This document shows positions 37,753 through 46,776 of a stretch of 64,000 nt of DNA, one piece after another. The stretch is from contig CASFDV010000001.1 of assembly GCA_949293555.1 (NCBI GenBank), forward strand, positions 238,605 through 302,604, in the 5' to 3' direction. Position numbers and translations under genes: made by a program. The notes below the pieces were generated by a model. The model worked only from the letters and a program-made list of their open reading frames with translations, did not search any database and was not told where the DNA came from. Source of the DNA: an uncultured Bacillota bacterium (GTDB taxonomy: Bacteria; Bacillota_I; Bacilli_A; RFN20; CAG-826). Numbering within the stretch: position 1 is the stretch's first letter; every line of letters begins with the position of its first letter.

Positions 37753-38602
37753 CTTCTCGGGAGGGCCTCTCCTCTACCTCCTCGCCACCCCCATAGGGAA
37801 CATGGGGGAAATAAGCGAGCGTTTTCGCGAAGTCGTCCAGGAAATGGACGTCATCGCGGCAGAAGATACCCGCAATTCCTTGCTCCTTCTTCAGAAAATC
37901 GGGATCAAGAAGCCTTTCATCTCGTGTCACGAGCATAACGAGGAAGAGGCTTCAGAGAAGATCATCGGCCTTCTCCTCGAAGGGAAGAAGGTCGCCTATA
38001 TGTCGGACGCTGGCTATCCGCTTTTGAGCGATCCTGGGGCAAGGCTCGTCCGGAACCTCGTCCAGAACGGCATCAAGGTTTCCGTCGTCAACGGCCCTTC
38101 CGCCCTCCTTCCCGCTCTCGTCGGCTCCGGGCTCATGAGCGATCGCTTCTTCTTCTACGGCTTCCTTCCCCCCAGGCCAAGGGAAAGGGAAAAGGAGCTC
38201 CGTTCCCTCAAGCTCCTGCGCACGACGATCGTCTTCTACGAGGCGCCCCATAGGATCCAGGAGACCATCCCCGCGATGGCGAGGATCCTCGGGAAGCGGG
38301 ACGCCTGCATCGCCAGGGAGCTGACGAAAGTGCATGAGGAATACATCCGGGGCACGCTCCAGGAGCTGAGCGACCTCGTCCAGCAGGAAACCCTCAAGGG
38401 AGAAATGGTCGTCGTCGTCGAAGGGGCGAAGGAAGAGGCCCTGCCCGTCCCTGAGGAGCCCGAGATCCTCGAGGCGCTCCGCGAGGAGCTCCTCCATCAG
38501 TCCCCCGGCCAGGCGACGAAGGCGGTCGCCGAGCGCTTCGGCATGAAGAAAGGGGACGTCTACGATATCTACCTGAGAAGCAAGGGGAAGGGCGGAGCCT
38601 AG
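37730..38602 (+). CDS. rsmI: 16S rRNA (cytidine1402-2'-O)-methyltransferase
   Basis: LYLLATPIGNMGEIS and AEDTRNS. ATG 37730 has GGAGG 5 nt upstream; the track start at 37700 lacks an SD. Confidence 0.9.
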   Translation: MALRRDASFSGGPLLYLLATPIGNMGEISERFREVVQEMDVIAAEDTRNSLLLLQKIGIKKPFISCHEHNEEEASEKIIGLLLEGKKVAYMSDAGYPLLSDPGARLVRNLVQNGIKVSVVNGPSALLPALVGSGLMSDRFFFYGFLPPRPREREKELRSLKLLRTTIVFYEAPHRIQETIPAMARILGKRDACIARELTKVHEEYIRGTLQELSDLVQQETLKGEMVVVVEGAKEEALPVPEEPEILEALREELLHQSPGQATKAVAERFGMKKGDVYDIYLRSKGKGGA

Positions 38603-41600
38603 CTAAGCCTTCCCGGAGTCCCTTGCTTCATCGGGCGGCTCTTCCCTGAGCCGCTCGCTTTCTTTCTGGCGGTAGAGGAAGAGGCCGAGGAAATAGACCC
38701 CCAAGGCGGCGACGCCTCCCATCGCAAGCCCCACCCCGAGGTCGAGGCCAGGAGTACGGTAGCGAAGCGTCCATTCCCACTCCCCGGAAGGAAGGACGAA
38801 CCCGACGAGCCCTCCGTCGAGCTTATATACGCGGGGAGAGACAGCCTTCTCGCCGTTCGTCCCGGACAAGGACCAGCCGGCGTCGTAGCCAAGGACGGTG
38901 ACGACGAGCTCGGGGGCGTCGTAGTCGCTCCGGAAGGTGAAGCAGTCGGTCTTGAATCCGACGTCCTTCAAGGCATTGTCCCCCGTCATGTTGCTTTCGA
39001 TGTTCTCTTCGAAAAGCGATCGCTCCTGCACGTAGAGGGTCGGCGTAGTCATGGTCGCATAGCCGCTTCCTTTGAAGCAGAAGACGGCGTAGCGGGCCTT
39101 CCCGGGCACATAGAACCCGAACACGTCCCCTGAATAGCGGACGTAGTGCCCGGCCCAGTTGCTGATCATGTTGTATTCGTAGGAAAGGACGACGTTATGT
39201 TCCTCGACCCCGTCCCCGTCGACGTCCTTGTCTCCGATGAAGTAGACGCGGGGGGTGTCCGATCCGGAGCTGAGCGTCATGTCCATCACGAAATAGGCTC
39301 CCTCGGGATCCTCGTTCAGGTATTCCCTCCCCCCTGTGGGCTCGATGACGACTTTCCCGAAGTCGCGGACGACGGCTTGCTGGGTCGTGTGGGCCCTCTC
39401 GAGGAGGATCGGGCTATCCGAGGAGGAGTAGTCGGGGCCATGCTCTTCCCGGTAGGTCAGGAAATAGCCGGGGTCCCAGTCGATCCCCTGCTCCTCGTCG
39501 TAGGCGTAGTAGCCGTAGTCCACACCGTTCCCGTGGATCGTCTCGATGTAGGTCGCCTTCGTCACGGAGGATAGGGAAGTCAGGAGGGCCGAGCCCGCGC
39601 TTGCAAGGGGCGGGGGCTCGAGGCTTCTGTTCCCGCCTTCGGCATTCAGCTCCCCCAGGACGCTTTCCACGTCCTCGTCCTGGAGGATCGCCCCCGAAAT
39701 GTAGGCCTGCTCGTTCCGGAGGATCTCGCGGGCGGCGTTCACTCCCGAGGCGTCGCTGAAGAAATCGCTCCTGTTCCTCGTGGAGGATTCCTCTTCGATC
39801 CCCTCGGCATAAAGATGCTCCACGCGGTGCCCCAGCCCTATCTCGTCCGCGTAGGGGCTCTCGTAGAGCCGGAAGCCATTTTCCTCGGCGACGAGCGTGC
39901 TTCCGAAGGGAACGTTCGGCTGGAAGTCGTCATAGCCGTGGGGGTAGCCCTCGTCCATGACGAGGTAGTACTTCGTGCCCAGGGCGAGATCGAAGCCGGC
40001 CCGCTTGTTCCCGTAGTAGGCCGACCAGGACTTGGTGACGATGTCCTCCCCGAAGGCGGAGCCGGTCCCCTCGTTGTTCGTGATGTAGCTGTAGCGGGCG
40101 AGGTCGGCGAGATCGTAGTTGAAAAGGGAATGGAAATGGCTCGTCCCGTTATATCCATAGGCCATGTTCGTGTTGCGGTCGGGATTGATGTCGCTATAGG
40201 CGCGGAAGTAGCCGTCCTCCTCGTCCTCGTACGCCTTGCTGAAAAGGGAATTGGCGGTCTCGAGCGCGGCCGTCCCCCCCAGCCACGAGGAATAGGAATG
40301 CATCGAGCCGTAGAAGAAGGAAAGGTTCCCTGAGACGGTGATCTCCAGGACGAGGAAGCCGAAAAGCGCCTTCCAGAGGAACTTCCGGTCCTTCATGTAG
40401 AAGATGGCCCCGGACTCAAGGACGAGAAGCCCGATCTGGTAGTAGACGATCCACGTAAGGCGGGTGGAGATCCCGCGGAAGGAAGCGATGCCCGGGACGT
40501 CGTAGTCCTGGTGGGCGTAGCCGTCCTGGAGCCAGTTCGGGATCGTCTTGTCCTGGAGGGCGAGATAAGGAATCACGAAGGCAAGGATCGTCCCGAGAAG
40601 GGCGAGGAGGCTCCCGCCGATGAGGGTGGAGGGCCTTTCCTCAGGAAGGCGGTCCAGCTCTTCCGCCGCGTAAAGGATGATCAAGGGGACGAGGACGATG
40701 TACCAGCGGCCGTATCCATCGCCAGCGAATGCGTAGAACAAGTAGTAGGCGAGGTTCGTGAATAGGAAATAGAAGCAGATAGAGAAAGCCAACAGATGCG
40801 ACCACTTCCCCTTCCTGAAGTTATGGACTAAGGAAGTGAAGAACAGGATGAGCATCGGGGTGTAGCAGAAAAGAGAAGCCGTCCAGGAATCATAGGAATA
40901 GCTGTCCGTCGTCTTCGCCAGAGGCAGCCATAGGTAGTTGCAGGTCGGATAGAAGAACCCGATGAGCCCTTGGTACTCGCGGGCAGCGTTTCCTCCGACC
41001 GGCATGAAGAGGAGGGCGATAAGGTCGGGGGCGTTCATGCCCGAGAGCGCCTTCTTTATCGCGCCCAGGTAGGCCGCCCCGACGGAGGTCGTCCGCCCGG
41101 AAAGGGAGGTCTCGCGGACGGAGGGAAGGAGCACCCAGGCGCAAAGGGCGACGCCGATGAGGACGCCTCCCGCCCCGGCCAGGAGAGCCAGGGCGTTCTC
41201 CTTCAGGCTTCTCTTCCGCATCGTCTGGAAGAACCGCCATGCGGCGTACATCGCGCCGAAGATCAGGAAGACGACCAGGAAGAAGAAGGAAATCATCCCC
41301 AGGAACATGAGGGTGATGGCGATGGTGGTCGGCTTCCTCTCGCGAAGGGCCTTCTCGATCCCAAGGAGAAGGAGCGGCAGGGTGAAGGCCATCGAGAGGT
41401 AGCTCGGGAAGCCCACCATGAAGTTCAAGTAGCCGGAGAAGGCGTAGGCTAGGCCGCCGACCCGGGAAGAGCCCTCCTTCACACCCATGTAGCGGAGGTA
41501 TGCCCGCATGGCCAAGGCGGAAACGACGCCTTTCAGCATCGCCGCGAGGACGAACATCTGGGGCGCCCACGACCGCGGGAACACCAGAAGGGGGATCAGG

Positions 41601-41962
41601 AAGGGGTCGAAGAGCCCGTAGTAGGAATTGCTCCCGATGTTGTCTGTCCCAAGGAACGTCTCGAAGGAATAAAGCGGGAACGATCCGGTCCTGAAGAAAT
41701 CCCACCACATGTCGCGGAAGGAGTAGGACATCGTCACGTACTGGGAGCTGTAGTCCCACCCATAGAGGACGGAGAACTGGTTGACGAAGATCGCATAGGC
41801 CATCCAGAGGAAAGCGACGGCAAGAATAAGGAGGGCATAGTAGAAAAGCGAACCCCTGTCAAAGAGAAAAGGCGCCTTGAGTCTAAGAAAATCTATGCAG
41901 TTCCCGACTTCAAAAGAGAATTTTCTCCTTTGCGCGGCATTATCCCCCGCCTTGCGAATCAC
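38603..41962 (-). CDS. YfhO-family large integral membrane protein (putative surface-polymer glycosyl/oligosaccharyl transferase)
   Basis: 1119 aa. About 13 N-terminal TM segments, an extracytoplasmic domain of about 550 aa, and a C-terminal TM anchor. GTG start overlapping the upstream stop (GTGA). The family call rests on architecture and N-terminal similarity only. Confidence 0.7.
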   Translation of the reverse strand: MIRKAGDNAAQRRKFSFEVGNCIDFLRLKAPFLFDRGSLFYYALLILAVAFLWMAYAIFVNQFSVLYGWDYSSQYVTMSYSFRDMWWDFFRTGSFPLYSFETFLGTDNIGSNSYYGLFDPFLIPLLVFPRSWAPQMFVLAAMLKGVVSALAMRAYLRYMGVKEGSSRVGGLAYAFSGYLNFMVGFPSYLSMAFTLPLLLLGIEKALRERKPTTIAITLMFLGMISFFFLVVFLIFGAMYAAWRFFQTMRKRSLKENALALLAGAGGVLIGVALCAWVLLPSVRETSLSGRTTSVGAAYLGAIKKALSGMNAPDLIALLFMPVGGNAAREYQGLIGFFYPTCNYLWLPLAKTTDSYSYDSWTASLFCYTPMLILFFTSLVHNFRKGKWSHLLAFSICFYFLFTNLAYYLFYAFAGDGYGRWYIVLVPLIILYAAEELDRLPEERPSTLIGGSLLALLGTILAFVIPYLALQDKTIPNWLQDGYAHQDYDVPGIASFRGISTRLTWIVYYQIGLLVLESGAIFYMKDRKFLWKALFGFLVLEITVSGNLSFFYGSMHSYSSWLGGTAALETANSLFSKAYEDEEDGYFRAYSDINPDRNTNMAYGYNGTSHFHSLFNYDLADLARYSYITNNEGTGSAFGEDIVTKSWSAYYGNKRAGFDLALGTKYYLVMDEGYPHGYDDFQPNVPFGSTLVAEENGFRLYESPYADEIGLGHRVEHLYAEGIEEESSTRNRSDFFSDASGVNAAREILRNEQAYISGAILQDEDVESVLGELNAEGGNRSLEPPPLASAGSALLTSLSSVTKATYIETIHGNGVDYGYYAYDEEQGIDWDPGYFLTYREEHGPDYSSSDSPILLERAHTTQQAVVRDFGKVVIEPTGGREYLNEDPEGAYFVMDMTLSSGSDTPRVYFIGDKDVDGDGVEEHNVVLSYEYNMISNWAGHYVRYSGDVFGFYVPGKARYAVFCFKGSGYATMTTPTLYVQERSLFEENIESNMTGDNALKDVGFKTDCFTFRSDYDAPELVVTVLGYDAGWSLSGTNGEKAVSPRVYKLDGGLVGFVLPSGEWEWTLRYRTPGLDLGVGLAMGGVAALGVYFLGLFLYRQKESERLREEPPDEARDSGKA

Positions 41963-42978
41963 TTGCCGCGCCTCCTGAACGGGGTCCGCTTCCCTTCCTG
42001 GCGGGCAGTCCTGGCCTTCTCTTGTTCCCTTTGCTCTTCCCGTTCCTCCTGATGAGTCTTGAAGAACATTGACTTGAACGCCTTCGGCAATGGGGTGCGG
42101 AGCTGGTACTCCTTCCCGTTCAAAGGGTTCCGGAAGCTAAGCTCATAGGCATGGAGGCCAAGCCTCCCGAGAGGGTTGGAGGGTTCCCCGTACTTGTCGT
42201 CCCCGATCACATAGTGGCCGATGTTCCCGAGCTGGACGCGGATCTGGTTCTTGCGGCCGCTTTCGATATCGACGTCAAGGAGGGAGTAGCCTCCTTTCCT
42301 GGCGACGACCCTGTAGTTGGTGATGGCGAGCTTCCCCTTTTCCTTCCAGCGGGTGACGAACACCTTCTGGGTCCTATCCTGGGCAAGGTAGTCCTTGAGC
42401 CTCCCCTCGTCCGGGATGTCCTCCCCTTCCACGACCGCGTAGTAGCCGCGCTTCCGGACGATCTTCTGCCAGTCTTTCTGAAGGGCTTCCCGGACCTCGA
42501 TTTTCTTCGCGAAGATAAGGACGCCGGAGGTGTCCTCGTCCAGGCGGTGCACGACGAAGATGCGGGAGCCCCGTTTCTTTCCCTCGACATATTCCGAGAC
42601 CATGCGGTAGGCGGTCCGCCCCTTCTCCCGGTCGCTGGCTACGGAAAGAAGGCCGCTCGGCTTATCGATGGCGATGATGTCCTCGTCCTCGAAGAGAATA
42701 GGAATGGGTCTGGGCGCCCTCTTGCGGATCGGCGTCCAGGAAAGGGTCACCTCGTCCTCCGGATAAAGCGGGAAGCGGAAGAGATCGGTGGGCACGCCTC
42801 CGACCGCGACCTGATGGTTCATGATGATGCGCTTGACGTTCTTCTCCGACTGCTGGGGAAGCTTCCCTTTCAGGAACTCGAGGAGCGTGGTCTCGTGGTG
42901 GACCGGGAAGGTCTTCGTGTAATCGGGGTTCACGAGCCCCCGATCGCCCCGCCCTTTCTTCCGGTCGTTCTTGTTCAT
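41959..42978 (-). CDS. RluA-family pseudouridine synthase with S4 domain and basic C-terminal tail
   Basis: HRLDEDTSGVLIFAK catalytic motif and an N-terminal S4-like segment. The tail reads ...EQREQEKARTARQEGKRTPFRRRGK. Confidence 0.88.
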   Translation of the reverse strand: MNKNDRKKGRGDRGLVNPDYTKTFPVHHETTLLEFLKGKLPQQSEKNVKRIIMNHQVAVGGVPTDLFRFPLYPEDEVTLSWTPIRKRAPRPIPILFEDEDIIAIDKPSGLLSVASDREKGRTAYRMVSEYVEGKKRGSRIFVVHRLDEDTSGVLIFAKKIEVREALQKDWQKIVRKRGYYAVVEGEDIPDEGRLKDYLAQDRTQKVFVTRWKEKGKLAITNYRVVARKGGYSLLDVDIESGRKNQIRVQLGNIGHYVIGDDKYGEPSNPLGRLGLHAYELSFRNPLNGKEYQLRTPLPKAFKSMFFKTHQEEREEQREQEKARTARQEGKRTPFRRRGK

Positions 42979-43007
42979 GCGGGCTATCCTAACCCATGAA
43001 GGTGCTC

Positions 43008-43868
43008 TTATGAAGCAAGGAAGGCGCGTAGCGCCTCCATCCTCGAGGACATGTCGGAAGCCCCGAGCTCCACGAGAGGGAGGAGCTTCCTCCCGTCCCG
43101 TTCCGCGACGGAAACGCGGGGCGGCTTCGAAGGATAAAGAAGGAAGGCCCTCCCCTCCTTCTCGAGCCGGTCGAGCTCTTCCATCGACTCGTTATAGACT
43201 TTCGAGGAGTTCATAAGGAGATCCTCTGCCATCGGATAATCCCCGTAGAAGCGCTTGGCGAGGACCCTCTTCCTCTTCCCAACGGGAGCCTTCCGATAGC
43301 CCTTTTCCCGGGTGAGGATGCACACCAGCCGGCTTGCGCCAAGCGAGAAAGCCTCGCGGAAAGGGACGGAGGCGATGATTCCTCCATCGAGGCAGACGTC
43401 ATCTCCGACGGTCACGGGCTTAGAAAGGAAAGGAAGGGAGCACGAGGCCGCCAGCCCGGCCCAAAACTCCCTGTCCCCTTTCTCAGAAAGATGAGCCTTC
43501 CCCGTAAGAAGGGAAGTCGAAACCGCGTAGAAATTCGTCTCGTTCTCCCGAAAACGCGAATAGTTGAACGGCAGTCCCCTATTGGGCAGGACATAGAAGA
43601 GGTAATGGAAGTCGTAGATGGAGCCCTTCCTCAGGAGGTTCAACGGGGAAAGGAGCTTCCTGTCCTCCATCCCGTAGGTCAAAAGCGCCGCGCTCCTCCC
43701 CCGGTCGCCCGAGATGTAGTTGACCCCGAGGAGCGCCCCCGCGGATGTCCCGACTACGAGGGGAAATGAGATGGCTTCTTTCATCAGGACGTCCAGCGCG
43801 CCGGCCGCATAGGCCGCCCTGGTTCCGCCCCCTTGGATGACGAGGGCTATCCTCTCAGTAGTCCCCAC
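43008..43868 (-). CDS. Patatin-like phospholipase
   Basis: IQGGGTRAAYAAG oxyanion motif, GTSAGA nucleophile elbow, DGG Asp motif. The start is uncertain: GTG 43868 (286 aa) is preferred over the track start at 43922, which overlaps the upstream gene by 68 nt. Confidence 0.8.
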   Translation of the reverse strand: MGTTERIALVIQGGGTRAAYAAGALDVLMKEAISFPLVVGTSAGALLGVNYISGDRGRSAALLTYGMEDRKLLSPLNLLRKGSIYDFHYLFYVLPNRGLPFNYSRFRENETNFYAVSTSLLTGKAHLSEKGDREFWAGLAASCSLPFLSKPVTVGDDVCLDGGIIASVPFREAFSLGASRLVCILTREKGYRKAPVGKRKRVLAKRFYGDYPMAEDLLMNSSKVYNESMEELDRLEKEGRAFLLYPSKPPRVSVAERDGRKLLPLVELGASDMSSRMEALRAFLAS

Positions 43869-45756
43869 TCCGGATCGCCTCCGCGAAGATATCCCTCTGG
43901 CGGTTCTGGCTGTCGCGCTCAAGCTCGTCCATCAGGCTCGCATAGTTGCTCTTCTCGGAGACATAGGAAAGGACGATCGCGTGGTAGTCGGCTTTGTCGA
44001 GATCGACCTCCCAGCGAGATATCTCGCTTGCGGCGGCCAGATACCCATCCCCAAGAAGGTAGGAGAGGGACTGCCCGGAAAGCTCGACGAGGACGTTGTC
44101 GTTATCGAAAGGAAGGGCCTGGTAGAGGTTCCCGTAGGTGAGGGGCCCGCTTGGTAGGTTGGTCCGCGCGCAGCCGGTGTTGCTGAAGGCGGCGACGATC
44201 TCGTAGCGCCCCTGGTACTTCTCTTGGTAGAAACGGAGCATCGCCTCCGTGCTATAGACGGCGATCTCTGATTCCGACATCCCTTGGAAAGAGGGATCGA
44301 GCACTTCGTTCTTGATGGGGTCGATGAGGGAGGAATACTGCTCGATCAGCTCTTCGACGTCCTTGTCGGGAGTGCCTCCGTAGGTCATCTCGTAGCCGCT
44401 GTACTGGGTGTTCCCGTCATAACGGAACGAGCCCGTCGTTTCTTCGTAGACGAAGTCAAGCCTGTTCAGATGACCGCCGTTCGCCCAACCCTGGGCGTGG
44501 GGAATCCCGTGCTCGTCGACGTCCACGTACCCGCGGTGGGTATGGCCCTCGAAGACGAGGTCGATGTACTCGGCCCCTTCCTGACTGACCGGAAATGAAC
44601 CGTTATGTATGAGAATTGCGACGAAATCGCAGTCTTCCTCCTCCTTAAGCCTCTTGGCTTCCTCTTCCGAAAGCTTCCGGAAGTCATCGCCCAGCTCGTA
44701 GCCGCCAAGCGAGCTCACCGCGATGCTGCTTTCAAGGTCGCCGATTGCGCCGACAACGCCGATCCGCCATCCGCCCCTCTGGATGATGGTGGAGGGAGCG
44801 GCCCAGTAGGGCGCGTTCCCTTCAGGGTCGCGGATGTTGATGCCGAGGAAGGGGAAGTTCGCCTTCCCGAGATTCTCCTCGATGTAGGAGACGCCCCAGT
44901 CGAACTCGTGGTTCCCGATGCTCATCGCATCGAACCCCACGAGATTCATCCAGTCCACCATGATGCCCCCGTGGGTGAGGTTGCTGTCAGCCGAGCCTTG
45001 CCACATGTCCCCTGCGGAGAGGATGAAAGTCCCTTCCGGGTTGGCCATCGCGCCTTGCCTGAGGTAGTTGCCAAGCACCGCGATCCCCGGCTCGCCGTTC
45101 TCCTCGTTCAGGGAAACGGCCCCATGCGTGTCGTTCAGGGAATAGAAGGAAAGGTTCCCCGCCTTCCCGTTCGGCTCCGCGAAGGAATCTTCCTTTGTCC
45201 TGATGGAGAACCCTTCCAGTTCCAGCGTTCCGATCGACGGGCCGATCGAGAAGAAAAGCCCGTCCGTGCTTTCCGGAAGGACGTTCTCCCCTTCCGTCAC
45301 GTAGGCTCCGAGAAATGGGTCGACGATGGTCATGCCCGACACCCTTGCCATCGGGAAAGATCCTTCGGAAGCATCGCCTTCCCATGCCACGTCGAAGATG
45401 CCCTGGATGGGCGTCACGTTCGTCAGATACCCGCCTTGGCCAAGATGAATCCCGCCGCCTTCGAGGACCGTTCCTCCTTCCGCCCGGAACAGGATTTCCT
45501 CCTCCCCGGCCTGGACGGGGAAATAAAGGCGTCCGCCTTCCTCGGTCTCAACGTCAACCTCGCTCAAGGAAACGGACAGTGGCTCGCTCAGGACGACAGG
45601 CTCCCCTACGTCCTCGGGGACCTGGTATTCCTCCTCGGGGACATAGACCGGCGAATAGCTGGATGAGGCGCCTGAGGAAGAATCGCTTTCATCCCCGTAC
45701 TCGCACCCGGCGAGAAGGAAAGCGGCGGCGGCAAATAAGATAATGGCCTTCTTCAT
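43855..45756 (-). CDS. Lipoprotein: metallophosphoesterase/5'-nucleotidase (UshA-like) with extra N-terminal domain
   Basis: Signal peptide plus lipobox (LLAGC). NDTHG, GDMWQGS and GNHEFD metallophosphatase motifs, plus a 5'-nucleotidase C-terminal domain. About 190 aa of unassigned sequence lie between the lipobox and the catalytic domain. Confidence 0.85.
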   Translation of the reverse strand: MKKAIILFAAAAFLLAGCEYGDESDSSSGASSSYSPVYVPEEEYQVPEDVGEPVVLSEPLSVSLSEVDVETEEGGRLYFPVQAGEEEILFRAEGGTVLEGGGIHLGQGGYLTNVTPIQGIFDVAWEGDASEGSFPMARVSGMTIVDPFLGAYVTEGENVLPESTDGLFFSIGPSIGTLELEGFSIRTKEDSFAEPNGKAGNLSFYSLNDTHGAVSLNEENGEPGIAVLGNYLRQGAMANPEGTFILSAGDMWQGSADSNLTHGGIMVDWMNLVGFDAMSIGNHEFDWGVSYIEENLGKANFPFLGINIRDPEGNAPYWAAPSTIIQRGGWRIGVVGAIGDLESSIAVSSLGGYELGDDFRKLSEEEAKRLKEEEDCDFVAILIHNGSFPVSQEGAEYIDLVFEGHTHRGYVDVDEHGIPHAQGWANGGHLNRLDFVYEETTGSFRYDGNTQYSGYEMTYGGTPDKDVEELIEQYSSLIDPIKNEVLDPSFQGMSESEIAVYSTEAMLRFYQEKYQGRYEIVAAFSNTGCARTNLPSGPLTYGNLYQALPFDNDNVLVELSGQSLSYLLGDGYLAAASEISRWEVDLDKADYHAIVLSYVSEKSNYASLMDELERDSQNRQRDIFAEAIRSGDY

Positions 45757-45762
45757 GCGCCC

Positions 45763-45768
45763 ATCCTA
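45763..45768 (-). promoter_or_regulatory. -10-like TAGGAT, 6 nt upstream of the nucleotidase ATG (leaderless-type)
   Basis: The minus strand reads TTTTGATAGGAT-GGGCGC-ATG. Confidence 0.4.
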
Positions 45769-45799
45769 TCAAAAATCCGCCCTTCCGGAGCGACCATGG

Positions 45800-45805
45800 G
45801 ATAAT
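45800..45805 (+). promoter_or_regulatory. -10-like GATAAT, 6 nt upstream of the small-ORF ATG 45812
   Basis: GGGATAAT-CCCGCC-ATG. Confidence 0.35.
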
Positions 45806-45811
45806 CCCGCC

Positions 45812-45910
45812 ATGAAGAAGAACGGGAAAGGCTGGCTCCTTTATCTCCTGCCCGGGCTATTGGGAGGAATCGCCGTGACGATCCTCCTGCTTCTGATCCT
45901 CTGGCCCTAG
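45812..45910 (+). CDS. Candidate 32-aa single-TM micropeptide (below ORF-track threshold)
   Basis: MKKNGKGWLLYLLPGLLGGIAVTILLLLILWP*. It has the same -10/N6/ATG arrangement as neighbouring leaderless genes. There is no other support. Confidence 0.3.
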   Translation: MKKNGKGWLLYLLPGLLGGIAVTILLLLILWP

Positions 45911-46776
45911 TCCTCTTCCCTGCCGTTGGTTAGAAGTCCCTTGTAGAGGTCGGTCCGCCGATCGCGGAACACCCCCCAGTTCCTCCGCTCCTCGAAGATT
46001 TCGTCTAGATCGAACTCATGGACGAGGGCCGTCTCTTCCTCGCGCCCCGCCTCCTGGACGATCTTGCCCGTCCAGTCCGCGATGAAGGAGGAGCCATAGA
46101 AGGTCATCTCTCCCCTTCTGCCCTTCTCTGTGCCGACGCGGTTTGCCGCCATGACGGGCATCATGTTCGCCGCCGCATGGCCGATCATCACGTTCCGCCA
46201 ATGATCCCTGCTGTCGCGGGGAAGGACGGGCTCGCTTCCGATGGCGGTCGGGAAAAGCATCATCTCGGCGCCGGCAAGGGCGAGGGACCTCGCCGTCTCG
46301 GGGAACCATTGGTCCCAGCAGATCGCGGTCCCGATGCGCCCGTACTGCGTCTTCGGCGCCACGAACCCGGTGTTTCCAGGAGTGAAGTAAAACTTCTCCT
46401 CGTAGCATTCCCCGGTCGGGATGTGGCTTTTCCGATATAGACCGACGATCTTGCCATTGGCGTCGATCGTGGCCACGGAGTTGTAGTAGCAGTTCCCCGC
46501 CTTTTCGAAGAAGGAAACAGGGATGACGATGCCGTACTGCTTGGCGATTTCCTTAAAATGATCCAAGGTTTCCGAGGTTTTTATATCTTCAGCGCGGTCG
46601 AAGTTCTTATAGTCCTCGTCCTGGCAGAAGTAATGGCCCTCGAATAGCTCCGGAAGGAGGAGGACCTTGGCGTCGAGCCTCCATGCGATCTTGCAGAAGA
46701 TGTCCGCCTTCCCTATCGCCTCCTCATAATCCTCGGGAACGCTGTACTGAGCGACGCAGACACGAACCTTTCTCAT
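45907..46776 (-). CDS. aguB: N-carbamoylputrescine amidase (CN-hydrolase)
   Basis: 289 aa with LLLPELFEGHYFCQ (Glu), KSHIP (Lys) and ICWDQWFPE (Cys). 4-nt overlap with the upstream gene. Confidence 0.88.
   Translation of the reverse strand: MRKVRVCVAQYSVPEDYEEAIGKADIFCKIAWRLDAKVLLLPELFEGHYFCQDEDYKNFDRAEDIKTSETLDHFKEIAKQYGIVIPVSFFEKAGNCYYNSVATIDANGKIVGLYRKSHIPTGECYEEKFYFTPGNTGFVAPKTQYGRIGTAICWDQWFPETARSLALAGAEMMLFPTAIGSEPVLPRDSRDHWRNVMIGHAAANMMPVMAANRVGTEKGRRGEMTFYGSSFIADWTGKIVQEAGREEETALVHEFDLDEIFEERRNWGVFRDRRTDLYKGLLTNGREED

Noticed and set aside
43008-43922. Patatin-like phospholipase as a CBASS-type (CapV-like) effector.
   Set aside because: No CD-NTase, cyclase or ubiquitin-like accessory genes lie nearby. 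The neighbours are a pseudouridine synthase and a surface nucleotidase in a co-directional housekeeping run.
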